From positions 1,550,001-1,614,000 of the forward strand of contig OZ361261.1 of NCBI GenBank assembly GCA_977018835.1: 64,000 nucleotides of DNA. The letters are read 5' to 3'. Below the pieces are notes generated by a model that was given only the letters and a program-made list of their open reading frames with translations, did no database searches and had not been told where the DNA came from. A program made the position numbers and the translations under genes. The stretch's first letter is position 1, and every line of letters starts with the position of its first letter. Source of the stretch: Minutocellus sp. GHC0000111. Its lineage: Eukaryota. Shown piece after piece: positions 1 through 10,437 of the stretch.

Positions 1-1444
1 ACGGGCGTCAACGAACGATTGCATCGAGCCCTTCACGCCGAGGCCGAAAGACGAAAGGTTCTACACAACAAGCTCGAAGACCTCAAGGGACGAATCCGGG
101 TCTACGTTCGTATACGTCCCCTGAGCTCCACCGAGATGGATCGCCAATGCCAAACAATATTGTGCAAGGAAGACAAGAGGACATGCGTCATGTCTGTCGA
201 CCCCAACAAGGCTGGTGGTGGCGCGACAGATCCCAAGAGCTGGGAATTCGACCAAATCTTTTGTGGCTCCTCCGACGACGGCAACTCCCAAGACGTCTTT
301 CGCGATACCAGCCTCCTCGTAACTTCGGCCGTCGATGGTTTCAATGTCTGCATCTTTGCCTACGGCCAGACTGGCAGCGGAAAAACCTATACAATGTTTG
401 TGAGTTTATTGGTATTGAGTGGTATCGGCATGGCATTGCAGGGAGTGGTCTTTTGTGCTTGATTTCAATCATTCGTCATTCCCCTCTCTCACACTCCCTC
501 AATTCTTCATCTCCTACTCACCAACTCCCAACTATACTACACAGGGACCGGGCGCCATTGGCAGTGAAATGAGAGAGGACGGTACCCTCGACGGAGACTG
601 CGGTCTTGCACCAAGAGCGGCCGAAGAATTGTTCCGTGTCCTTGGCGAACGGGAGGCAAGCCAGCACATTGATGTCCAAGTATCCATGTTTGAGCTGTAC
701 AATGACTCGATACGCGATCTGCTCATGTCCTGTAGAGACCTGGAAGACGAAGAGTTTGCTCCACCACCACTGAAGATCAAGCTTGCCAAGCATAGCGAGA
801 CCGGCATGGTGAAGGTCGATGGGGCCGTTACAGCAAACGCCACCGATGCGGCAGAACTTTTGTCGCTGTTTGCTCGAGGATCGCAGTTCCGCACCACCGC
901 CAGTACCAACATGAACGCCGATTCCAGTCGAAGCCATTTGATTGCGTCGATCGTAACTACCCTCACCAACAAGAGGACCGGCCGTAAGGTTCGAGGCAAG
1001 CTAACACTCGTCGATCTGGCCGGCTGCGAGCGCGTATCAAAGAGTGGAGCCACCGGACAGCAACTCAAGGAGGCTCAGAGCATCAACAAGTCCCTTTCTG
1101 CCCTGGGCGATGTTATCAGCGCACTGACCTCTGGTAGCAGTCATGTGCCGTACCGCAACCATCCGCTCACGATGCTAATGTCCGATTCTCTCGGAGGATC
1201 TGCCAAAACTCTCATGTTCGTGTGCGCTTCTCCTGCCGACTACAATCGAGGGGAATCATCCAATGCCCTCGATTTTGCTCGACGCTGCAAGAACGTGACG
1301 AATAATGTCAATGCATCCGGAGCGGCTGGTGACCAGGCCGCTCAAATTAGGGCATTACGGAACGAATTGAGTCGAATGAAGAAGGACAAGGTAGGCAGTG
1401 CTCGACGTGTGGGTGCATCGGCAAGGAGGCCTGGATTCAGCTGA
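1..1444 (+). CDS. Kinesin-14-type (C-terminal motor) kinesin, 5'-partial; intron 400-544
   Basis: Neck RRKVLHNKLEDLKGRIRVYVRIRP, P-loop GQTGSGKT, switch I NADSSRSH, switch II DLAGCER and HVPYRN. GTGAGT donor at 400 and ACAG acceptor at 544 join TYTMF to GPGA in frame. Confidence 0.93.
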
Positions 1445-1503
1445 TAATCGGCAAGCTGAATTCATTATAGAAAATTTATGTAGATACTCGTTATTGCTCT
1501 ATG

Positions 1504-3185
1504 CTACCTCTGTTGCAGAAATCGCTCGGGTATTCTTTCATGCCGCTGACCTCCGGCATCATCGACGATGGTGTAAACGTACAAATTATCTTGACTTGGA
1601 TATATTCCCACTTCTAGCACGCGCCCCAAAATGTCACTTTTGCCTGAGGAGGGGCGGTAAGTCACCGTAGACTGTGGTGGGTACTTAGCAGTTGTTGCTT
1701 GATATGGCGGCAACACAATGAGATCATTTGTGAGAGGGACCGTGTCCGAGATGAATGATTTGTTTGTTGTTTCATCCTCTACAGCTGGTGTAGGATTTCC
1801 CCCGGGGTCTGAAGCTGCCCACTTGATTTCTGAAGAAGAAATTATTGACAAGTCAAATTTCCCTTTGCTTATTGGATATGAAAGCCGCTTTGAGAGCTGC
1901 GCCGGTGTTCGATCCAATGAGTGAGTCTCTTTCACCCTGCGCCAAAGTCCATTTCGTAGCTTTCCATGATCACGCAATTCTTTTGCTGCTTCTTTGATAA
2001 TTATTTCATCTTCCTCAGCCGTAGATGCCCCACCGTGGGTGGTATTGGCTTTGCACTTGTCATTAAATGCAGTCGCTGACTGGTCGACATTCTTCAAAAT
2101 GTACCAGCGCTTTGAGAGCTGCTTGGCGTCCCGTCGCATTGAATGTGCTTGTATGACACTTGGCCAGAATCCGAACGGAAGTTTATCTGAACCACATTCT
2201 TTTTGCTGCCGCATTACTGCACTTCGTATGATCGAATCTTCAGCATCTGTAAAGGGTCCATTGCTGATGCCCCTCGTTACATTTGTCTCTTCTTATACGA
2301 GTAGTGATCTTGTAGCTGCTTTGTGGAAAGGCCACGGTTGGTGAAGTGATCTTCCAACACCTTCGCCCAGAAGCCATGCCGAACCCGAATTCTTGTGCCT
2401 TTTGACTTGTCTATCTCTTTCTGAATAAGCTCCGCTATTACTTCGAAGTCAGCGTGTGTGAGTTTCCCCCCAGAATGGGCATCAGGACCAAAATCGGCAG
2501 TCTGTCTTGTAGAGCCTTCAGGAGACCCACTTTCCTTTTTTGGATTTTGTTTCTTTCTAGCCAGCTGATTTTTCCGCCGATCTGTTACCATTTTGACTGT
2601 AAATCCTCGGCCAGCGAAATATTCTTTATGGATCTCCTCCCAGAAACCTCTTCGGACCATTCTATTGCCACTCTCCTCAAGATCCTTCGCAACAAGTTCC
2701 TCTACAAGCCTATCGTCCTCCTCAGTGAAGTTGGACCTGGATGTATTGATGCCTGCCCTCTCTAAATTTGCATCAATAATCTTCATCAGGAGGCTTGCTG
2801 CTGGGTAAGTGATTTTGTAGTGCGCAACGATGCCTTCCCTTAACATTCTTTTGCGCGTCGGTGGAGGTGTCGGTGGCTCACCTGCTTCGTCATCGCTACT
2901 ATCGTATGCCTCAAGCTGCCGCTGGTACTCTTCATCAGCCCCAAAGCCACATGCCTTGAGCTCGGCTCGAACAATGCCCTCCCACTCGTCGGGAAGCTTG
3001 GAGGTATCGATTTCGTTGGGAATAACGAGAGCCGAAGATACGGGTACCGAGGACGGTGCAGCATCTTCTGCTGGTCGTGCCTTTTTACTTTTGCCACTTG
3101 CAGTCTCACCGCCTTCACCCGTACCTTCACCCACGCCCGAGGGCAAAGATTCCCCTTCGGTGCTCTTGCGCTTCACGCTGACCAT
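1504..3185 (-). CDS. Protein with four Myb/SANT-like repeats, split by a 1-nt frameshift near 2282
   Basis: Repeats FTEEDDRLV..FW, LTHADFEVI..FW, GPFTDAEDSII..FW and STAEEDEII..LW run across ORFs 2277-3212 and 1504-2214. One extra A in CAAAT would fuse them. Confidence 0.7.
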
Positions 3186-3381
3186 AACACCGACGGTTAT
3201 TCTTATTAGCACATCATGTGTTGGATTTGAGAAAGTTGGCGAGAAAGTTGCAAGAGGTGTTCTGCCCCCTATTATTCTACATCTGGGAGACCCCTAAATG
3301 TAATTGACGTATGGCGGACAGACATCCCACATCGTCAGATCGTCAACTCGTCAACGTCACTTTGCTTTTCATTTCTCGGTC

Positions 3382-4908
3382 ATGGCCATGGCCGTCGAAT
3401 GTAGCACAGCCGGCGCCAGGAGCATGGCAGCAAAGACGGGGGCGCCACGCCGTTCACGGAGAGCATGTCTCATCATCCTCTTTTCATTAGTATCAACAAT
3501 TTCCGCCAAGGGCACATCGTCACATTATCATGGCGTCCACCCGCGAGCATCACGCCAACTTCACGGTGTCATGGCCAGCCAACACGTCCGTCAGCGGCCA
3601 TCGATGACAACATTGAATCTGCTCCGAGGCGGCGGTGTTGGGCGAAGCAGCAAAAATAATGAGGTTGCCGCCAAATCTGCAACTGCAACAGCATCGGCAG
3701 AGCAGGCATCGCAGCCCTCGCTTGTTCCACTCCTCACCTCTACACTGCTACTCATGATCTCCCTATCAATTGTCTCGCTGTCACCCACACCGATACTGAT
3801 CGATCAATTTGGGCCCTCCCGAGCGACCCACATCCTTTCTACAATTGCCGCCGTTGCTGCGGCATCGGAGATAATCCTCAGCCCGATATTGGGAGCGCTG
3901 CTCGACTCCATGGGACGGAAACCGGCGCTGCTGGCCTCCATATCGTCGGTGGCAATCATGCATGCACTGGTATCTACCAACACCAATGCCCTACCTGTGT
4001 GCATTGCGCGGTATTTGTGCTATGTGGCGCTCCCTCAATTCTTCGTGGCGTCGCAGGCTGTGGCGGGAGATGTACTGGCGTCGACGCCCGATAAGATGGG
4101 ATCACTGCTCGGTATTCAGAGCGCGTTAATCAGTGGAGGTTTCATCGGAGGAGTAAAAATCGCTGCACTTCTCGGAGAACGCGGACCAAAGGTTGCATAT
4201 GGCGCATCATCCCTCCTGGCCGTTGTATCAGGCATGATATTAGCGTTCGGTCAAAGAGAAACCTTGGACGAGACACATAAGGTGCCATTTGATGTCAAGG
4301 AGACGAAGCGCAAAGTGATTCAAGCGCCTATTGCTGCAGGACACCTCCTTGTTGGAAGAGGTCGAAAGATTGGCTTACTGGCACTGCTCTTTTCGCTACA
4401 ATCGATGCCTACATTCATTGGTGATGTGTTTCAGGTCTTCTGTCGAGACGTTTGGGGTCTTGGACAAAGTGCTGTTGGCGATGTTATCGCCGTGTTTGGT
4501 CTGTCGGGCATTATTGCCTCAGTTGTTGGAAGCATCCTCGTTGGAAGACTTGGCGTCCAAAATTTTACGTCACTCGCGATTTTATCGTCGTCGTTCTTTC
4601 CCATTGCGGCGATGCGCTCATACAAGGCTTCTCTATTTGCCCTGGCTCTAGGATTTCTTGGTTCTTGTCAAACAATCGGTGTCGTCGCCGAGCTGACTGC
4701 TCAAGTATCCGTATCTGGGGCTCGACAAGGTGAAATTGCCGGTGAACGGGGGGCTCTTCTTGCCATCACAAAGATGGTCGCCCCTCTCATGTACGGAGGC
4801 CTTTACATCGTTGGATCATCGCTGGGTTTCCCACAGCTGATCTTTGCATTCAATATCGTTTTGGCCTTGAGTTGTTTCGTACTTTCTCGTCAGGATGTTT
4901 GGCGATAG
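3382..4908 (+). CDS. Major facilitator superfamily transporter (TetA/DHA1-like)
   Basis: About 12 hydrophobic segments and MFS motif A GALLDSMGRKP; N-terminal signal-like peptide followed by LRGG. Confidence 0.85.
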   Translation: MAMAVECSTAGARSMAAKTGAPRRSRRACLIILFSLVSTISAKGTSSHYHGVHPRASRQLHGVMASQHVRQRPSMTTLNLLRGGGVGRSSKNNEVAAKSATATASAEQASQPSLVPLLTSTLLLMISLSIVSLSPTPILIDQFGPSRATHILSTIAAVAAASEIILSPILGALLDSMGRKPALLASISSVAIMHALVSTNTNALPVCIARYLCYVALPQFFVASQAVAGDVLASTPDKMGSLLGIQSALISGGFIGGVKIAALLGERGPKVAYGASSLLAVVSGMILAFGQRETLDETHKVPFDVKETKRKVIQAPIAAGHLLVGRGRKIGLLALLFSLQSMPTFIGDVFQVFCRDVWGLGQSAVGDVIAVFGLSGIIASVVGSILVGRLGVQNFTSLAILSSSFFPIAAMRSYKASLFALALGFLGSCQTIGVVAELTAQVSVSGARQGEIAGERGALLAITKMVAPLMYGGLYIVGSSLGFPQLIFAFNIVLALSCFVLSRQDVWR

Positions 4909-5043
4909 ATGTTCGCCCCTCTCATGTACGGAGGCCTTTACATCGTTGGATCATCGCTGGGTTTCCCACAGCTGATCTTTGCATTCAATATCGTTTTGGC
5001 CTTGAGTTGTTTCGTACTTTCTCGTCAGGATGTTTGGCGATAG
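4774..5043 (+). repeat. 135-bp tandem duplication of the MFS gene 3' end, including its stop codon
   Basis: 4774-4908 and 4909-5043 are identical except G4777/T4912. Confidence 0.95.
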
Positions 5044-5185
5044 AAATGGGCAGAGATATTAGCATTCAAAATTGTCTACCTATCTATTATTTGCTTATCA
5101 AAATACACATGCCTGTCGGCCAAGTACTCGTCTAGGATACTCGTAAGCACTTTATTGCGGCGGCCGAAATTTCTTTTCAACTCTT

Positions 5186-6236
5186 TCAACTTGGCAACAA
5201 TGAAGTTGATTTGATGTTTTGTATAAGTTGGCTTGTAACTCTTATCTCGACGAACCGCGGAAGAGCGGTTGTGGATGGTATGGTGCCATATCTCTTTCGT
5301 TCTGTTGTATTCAGAAGGGAAATCAAGGAATCTCGCAATGTCTGATAATAAGCGAGGGCCACTTTTTCATTAACCAAATCATCAAATTTGGCAATGAACA
5401 ATGTATCAGACCGATTGAATCGTTCAACCCAATACGAAAAATGATTTGTCCAGTATGATTGAATCGTTCAACCCAATACGAAAAATGATTTGTCCAGTAC
5501 TCTGTTTGATTTCGAACATTTCCCCCCCCGCGCCACTGGATCCAGTCCTCTTCTGGTGCTTGCTTCTGATGTTGCAAAGCCTTGGAACCTTTCTTATGAA
5601 ACGTATTGAACCAATTGTAGTAGGACGGTATTGCAGTGAATGGCGACCGTAGCATCAGTACAGCTCGCTTGGCAAACTCTACCGTGGGCTGCCCTTCCCA
5701 TGGGCCGTGAGATTTAATCGCAACAACATCTTGGGTAGTCATCTCTCCACAGAATGGATGTGGCATTGACGTGTACAGAGATTCGTCACCATAAATACTG
5801 CCAGTCCATACTCCTGTCGTCATCTCGATGAGCAATCGGGTAATGGTAGAGCCGCTGCCGGGATAAGAAGCCAACACAGTTGGTATGCACGATGAATTGA
5901 ATGCTGGCCGAGCATGTTCGCGTTTATAGTTGGTGCAAATGAGAGACTTGCGCCCTATCCGCACACCGGGCCTTGCACGACGAGTATGGGAGTGACCAAG
6001 CGACAACTGAACTATCAACGTAACGATCACTACGCAAAGGAGAACACACAATGTTTGCAGTTGCCATTCCAAGGTATCATCCGATGAGCTGCTGTATCGC
6101 CTCTTGAAACGAGGGTCCCTCTGGTAGGCCTTCTAATGGGAGTACGCGAGCTCCCGGTGCCGGCGGCAAGCGGGGTGGTGCTTCGTTGGTTCCTTCGAGA
6201 GCCGCGCGCCAGAGGTCGGAGCTCAGCTTCTTGCAT
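5186..6236 (-). pseudogene. Type II membrane sulfotransferase-like protein (WSCD-like PAPS fold), disrupted
   Basis: TM segment, LASYPGSGSTITRLLIE (5'-PSB-like), IKSH and LMLRSPFTAIPSYYN. A 44-bp tandem duplication (5413-5500) shifts the frame; the C-terminus is in ORF 5186-5401. The 5' ATG is out of frame or uncertain. Confidence 0.7.
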
Positions 6237-6633
6237 CCTGGCGGAGCATGGGCGGCGGCTGTGATGCATGCATGGCACCGGCGTGGGCTACCTAGCTACT
6301 ACTAGCTAGAGCTAGCTAGGCTAAGCAATGAGCCGAGCGAGCGAGCAACTGACGACGAACAGACGAGTGAGACACACTGCACTAACTTTTCGCGCAAAAA
6401 GCTCCCCCACCAAAGCGCGAGCGGCTTGGAGAGGTGGAGAGGTTTGCGGGAAGGCTTCGCATCGAGCGCTTTCGACGACGTTCGACCACCAGATGCACTG
6501 CTGCTCTACCCGGCTCTTTTCATCCCGTCATAAAATACCACCAAGCTACTGAACGAAACATTATCTTCTAATCTATCACCCATCAACATAAAAAGCACAC
6601 AATCGAAATCACTCTTTCTAGAAAATTGTCACG

Positions 6634-8668
6634 ATGAAATCAAGTCTGCTCGCATCTACTTTGGCCACCCTCCTTGCCCTCTTCATTGTTCTGCACCCGT
6701 AATCCGTTGCCGCTGCTACGGCTTCGATTTCACCACCCGAAACTACTACCGATAGAGAACGCAAGCATCTGCGCACTCGAGTTTTCCCTTCCCCGCCGCG
6801 CATTCTTGCCTCAGAGCAGGTGTTGTATTTCAACGACTTTGAGAATCCAAACTCGCCTCTCGCTTACAACGATGGTTGCGGCGGCGTGTACGATTCCAAG
6901 TGGAGACCACTGGAGCGACTCTACAATACTCCTGGGTTTGAATTTAACAACCGACACGCTTTGCTTGGCCTGGCCAAGGTGCCCTCTCCTTACAGAACAA
7001 TGTCTACGCAAATCCCCAGAAAATTGGAGGTCAATATGCTGCTGCAATTAGCAGTTTTGGGGATATCTACCTAACATTTGATGCCATGGGCTTCGACGTT
7101 ATCAATATTGGTATGCATGTTTCTCCAACCGATATGAAAGGTGACGGAGATTGCGCCAGAAATCTTTTGCCAAAACACGACAGCGGAACTGTGCCGAAAA
7201 TCCAGGTAATTCTTTACAATGGTAAAGCGCCCCCCACTCAGGCGGGTTATTTTGACTACCAAAAGCTCGACGAGAAACACATTGAAGGCATATCCTCTAA
7301 AGACTCCTTCACCTTCTCGTGGACATACGTAAGTGTAAGCCTTGATGCTTCATCTGCATCTGATGGCTTTGTGACACTTCGAATAAGGAGCACATCTGAG
7401 GTCTTCGGCCATTACGACGCAATCGATAATCTCAAGATTGTCGGTTCAGACAAACCAATTGCCCTCAGTGCTCCAGTTCCCGATAGCCCACCTACAGGGG
7501 ACGTTGGCAACGGTTACTGCGGACGCCCTTACGAACCAAGCTGTGTTGCATTTCCAGGCATGCCAAATAGGCACATATGTACATTTTGCAGTCCAGACTG
7601 TCCCGGAGAATAAATATACAACGGTAACACAATGACATGGAGAGACCACGCAACTGAAGCCGCCATGGTGTGGGGTTCTTCGCTAGTCGAAGTAACAGAT
7701 CATCATAAAAATAGGTGCGTCAAGGCACTTATGAGGCGATACAACGACGGTCAGGCCTCAGGATCGTATCTAGGAGGCAAGGGGCGGGATGGCTACTACC
7801 ACTGGAGAAACGCTGGTCGAATTCCTCTCATCGGCCAAAGTGGATATCAGAACTGGGTTCAGTCTCCTCAGCAACCTGATTGCTACTATAGCAACTGCCT
7901 TCCCACTGACAGGGACCAGTGTCTCTGGGTTTGGTGGGAAGGTCAGTGGGATGACACTGATTGCAACAGCGAGCACTTTGGCATTTATGTTAGGAGTCCA
8001 CCGAGCAATGGGCAGCAGCCGCAGCCTCAGCCTCAGCCCCAGCCCCAGCCATACCCTCAACCTCAACCCACTATTTCGTTTACGAAACTCAAGAAAACTG
8101 CATGCGGCTTCGACGGTACCGCCAAAGAAGATCGTGAATATGGACGCTGGGAAGGTATGAGTAGATCTGAATGCGAAGAAAAGTGCCTCAAGAAGATCAA
8201 GAACGGTAAGATGTGCTTCGGCTACGACTACAACGAGCAGAAGGATAAGCGGTGCCGTGTCTTCTACGTTTACCCATTCGACCAGAAATCCCACGATGAA
8301 GTAGATTGCTGGCTTGCAACCGGTACATCTAGTATCACCTATCCAACTCCAAGTGGTTCTGTGAATAAAGCCGACGACTCTCCTTATGATAAGCACGCGC
8401 CAGAACAGCCTACAATTTCGTTTACCAAACTCAAGAAAACTGCTTGCGGCTTCGACGGTACTGCTAAAGAAGATATCGCGAATACGGGCGCTGGGAAGGT
8501 ATTAGCAGGTCAGATTGCGAAGAAAAGTGCCTCAAGAAGATTAAAAATGGCAAGAAATGCTTCGGCTACGACTACAATGAGCAGAAGGACAGGCGCTGCA
8601 GGGTGTTTTATGAGTATCCATTTGACCAGAAGTCTCACGATGAAGTAGATTGCTGGCTGACTGATTGA
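6634..8668 (+). pseudogene. Secreted multidomain lectin-like protein: signal peptide, beta-rich domain, C-type lectin domain, (QP)n linker, two PAN/apple-like Cys domains
   Basis: MKSSLLASTLATLLALFIVLHP followed by an in-frame TAA; frameshift near 6990; in-frame TAA at 7611-7613; CTLD motifs YLGG..W..YQNW..QPD..C..WDDTDC; the second PAN-like copy is frameshifted near 8474. Confidence 0.75.
8064..8659 (+). repeat. Two diverged ~250-bp direct repeats encoding the PAN-like domains (8064-8315 and 8406-8659)
   Basis: QPTISFTKLKKTACGFDGTAKED...HDEVDCWL occurs twice with mostly synonymous differences. Confidence 0.9.
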
Positions 8669-9011
8669 AAAGGATGAAAACAAAATGGAATTGAGATGAA
8701 ACTATACGTCAAAGTGTTATCGCCGAGGGGCGGATGGAATTTATTTCACATCGTTTGAGTATTCATATACTCTTGCCTATTGATATGTCAGAAAAGCAGA
8801 ACTCAACTTCAGCACTGAGAGCGATCGTAAATTAATTAGAGAATATGCGATCATAGGAATACGAGTGTAAGTGTACAATGCCATGGCAGTCTGGTCTGCT
8901 AGAGCTAGAGTACATAACTTAATTTTGCAGTATTATCCCCCTTCTATTACCTACCTGGCACGCCGATCGAAGCGCCCCCTGGAATATCATAACATACGCT
9001 TGCATCCCCAT

Positions 9012-10181
9012 TCAACCAACCACTTGATGGTGAGACACCGATGAGTCTGAAGATGATTTGTCTGACGCTACCGCTAGGTTTTGGCTGCTTGGCTTCTCAT
9101 CCTTAGCTTCATTTGAACCCCTGTCACGGATTTCATCATCAACATGCAGGCTCTCGGCCGGAAACGGCTCAGTATCGAGATCGGGCGCAGCATATTTCTG
9201 GTCCTCCTTCTCTCGTCGACTTTCGATCCATTTCTTATGCGCATCCAAGAGAAGTTTATTCTTTGTGTTGTCGATGGGTAAAACCGATGAGGGAACGCCA
9301 ACAGCTTTCAACTTTTCTTGACTTTCAACATGATCACCAATGATGACTCGAAGTCGGATCCGAAGATATTTTGATATCATGAAAGAGAAGGCATCCACGA
9401 CGGTCATCCAAGCGCCCTCATCAAGGCAGACGAAGAAGCTGGCAAACCGCAGTGGAATGGCGCGAAAACTTCGACTGACACGCCGAGATTTTTCATAATC
9501 AAAGCTATGTTCCACCCACCCTCCAACATTGTAGACCACATTTACGACTCCTAATTTCTGAACGTCTTCATCTTCAGATATGACATTGGAAACATACCAA
9601 AGTACCTTCAAAATATTTTCTCTGCGCTTATAGCAATCACTGATGGCTCTGTAGTAAAATAGAACCTTGCGATTGTTGGTATCAGGTTGTTGGAGGACTT
9701 GAAGATATCCCATGTTCAACGTGTCCAAGTCATCTTCATCCAAATCAGACAGCAATATTTCTCGCCCAAGAAGGTCCTCGCCGAACAGTTCGAGCTTCTC
9801 CTCGAAATGTAGAACGAGTCGACTAGCGGCAAGAGCCGCATCAAATTTCTCAGCTCGCAGGAATTTCAGGCGAAACTTTTTGTCTAAAACATACTCTCGC
9901 TTCGACTTCAGCACCTTGTTGTACGCCTGTTTCCTATGGAAATTAATTCGCAACAATTCCAAGTCCAATTTGAGCAGAGACTCATCGATCAGAGAGGGAG
10001 GCTCAAATTCACGAGCGAATGCGCTCGGCTCCTTCCCTCGAATGAACAGACGACCTTTGGCCTCAGTCCCAGACAGATCGCGCCACACCTGCTTCTGCTC
10101 TGTTTCGGGCAGCTGTGAATACTCCCGAAGCGCCGTCTTTAGAGAATGGCAGTATGTGAGAATGTTTTGTACCAAGCTCAT
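9012..10181 (-). CDS. CRAL-TRIO/Sec14-like lipid-binding protein (diatom-expanded type)
   Basis: FRLKFLRAEKFDAALAASRL, KLELFG, LSDLDEDD, EDEDVQKLGVV and IPLRFASF. Confidence 0.75.
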   Translation of the reverse strand: MSLVQNILTYCHSLKTALREYSQLPETEQKQVWRDLSGTEAKGRLFIRGKEPSAFAREFEPPSLIDESLLKLDLELLRINFHRKQAYNKVLKSKREYVLDKKFRLKFLRAEKFDAALAASRLVLHFEEKLELFGEDLLGREILLSDLDEDDLDTLNMGYLQVLQQPDTNNRKVLFYYRAISDCYKRRENILKVLWYVSNVISEDEDVQKLGVVNVVYNVGGWVEHSFDYEKSRRVSRSFRAIPLRFASFFVCLDEGAWMTVVDAFSFMISKYLRIRLRVIIGDHVESQEKLKAVGVPSSVLPIDNTKNKLLLDAHKKWIESRREKEDQKYAAPDLDTEPFPAESLHVDDEIRDRGSNEAKDEKPSSQNLAVASDKSSSDSSVSHHQVVG

Positions 10182-10437
10182 TATTGTGTGCTACTAGCTA
10201 CGTAGTATGCCATGGAGCGTTTGTGCTTTTGTTATTATGCCATCAGTCATCATGGTCATCATGCCATGGCTGGTCGTGCTTCTTATCTATCTTCTTGGTG
10301 CCTTGCTGCTTGACGCCGCCGCGCCATCATCACATCATCACCATCGTCGGCGAAGTCGAAAGTCGCCGAGAGCCACATTTGACTGACTCACTCGACTCGA
10401 CTCAATCCCAACGCGCGAGGGCCGAGTCGAGTGAGTC

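Noticed and set aside
2270..2300. Programmed frameshifting in the Myb-like gene (and at about 24790, 50190 and 50370)
   Set aside because: Each break looks fixable by one base in a short homopolymer or G-rich run, and I saw no slippery heptamer or stimulator. Assembly error or ordinary mutation is simpler.
6698..7613. Stop-codon reassignment (TAA read-through) suggested by two in-frame TAA
   Set aside because: Other genes in the window end normally at TAA, and the same locus also has frameshifts.
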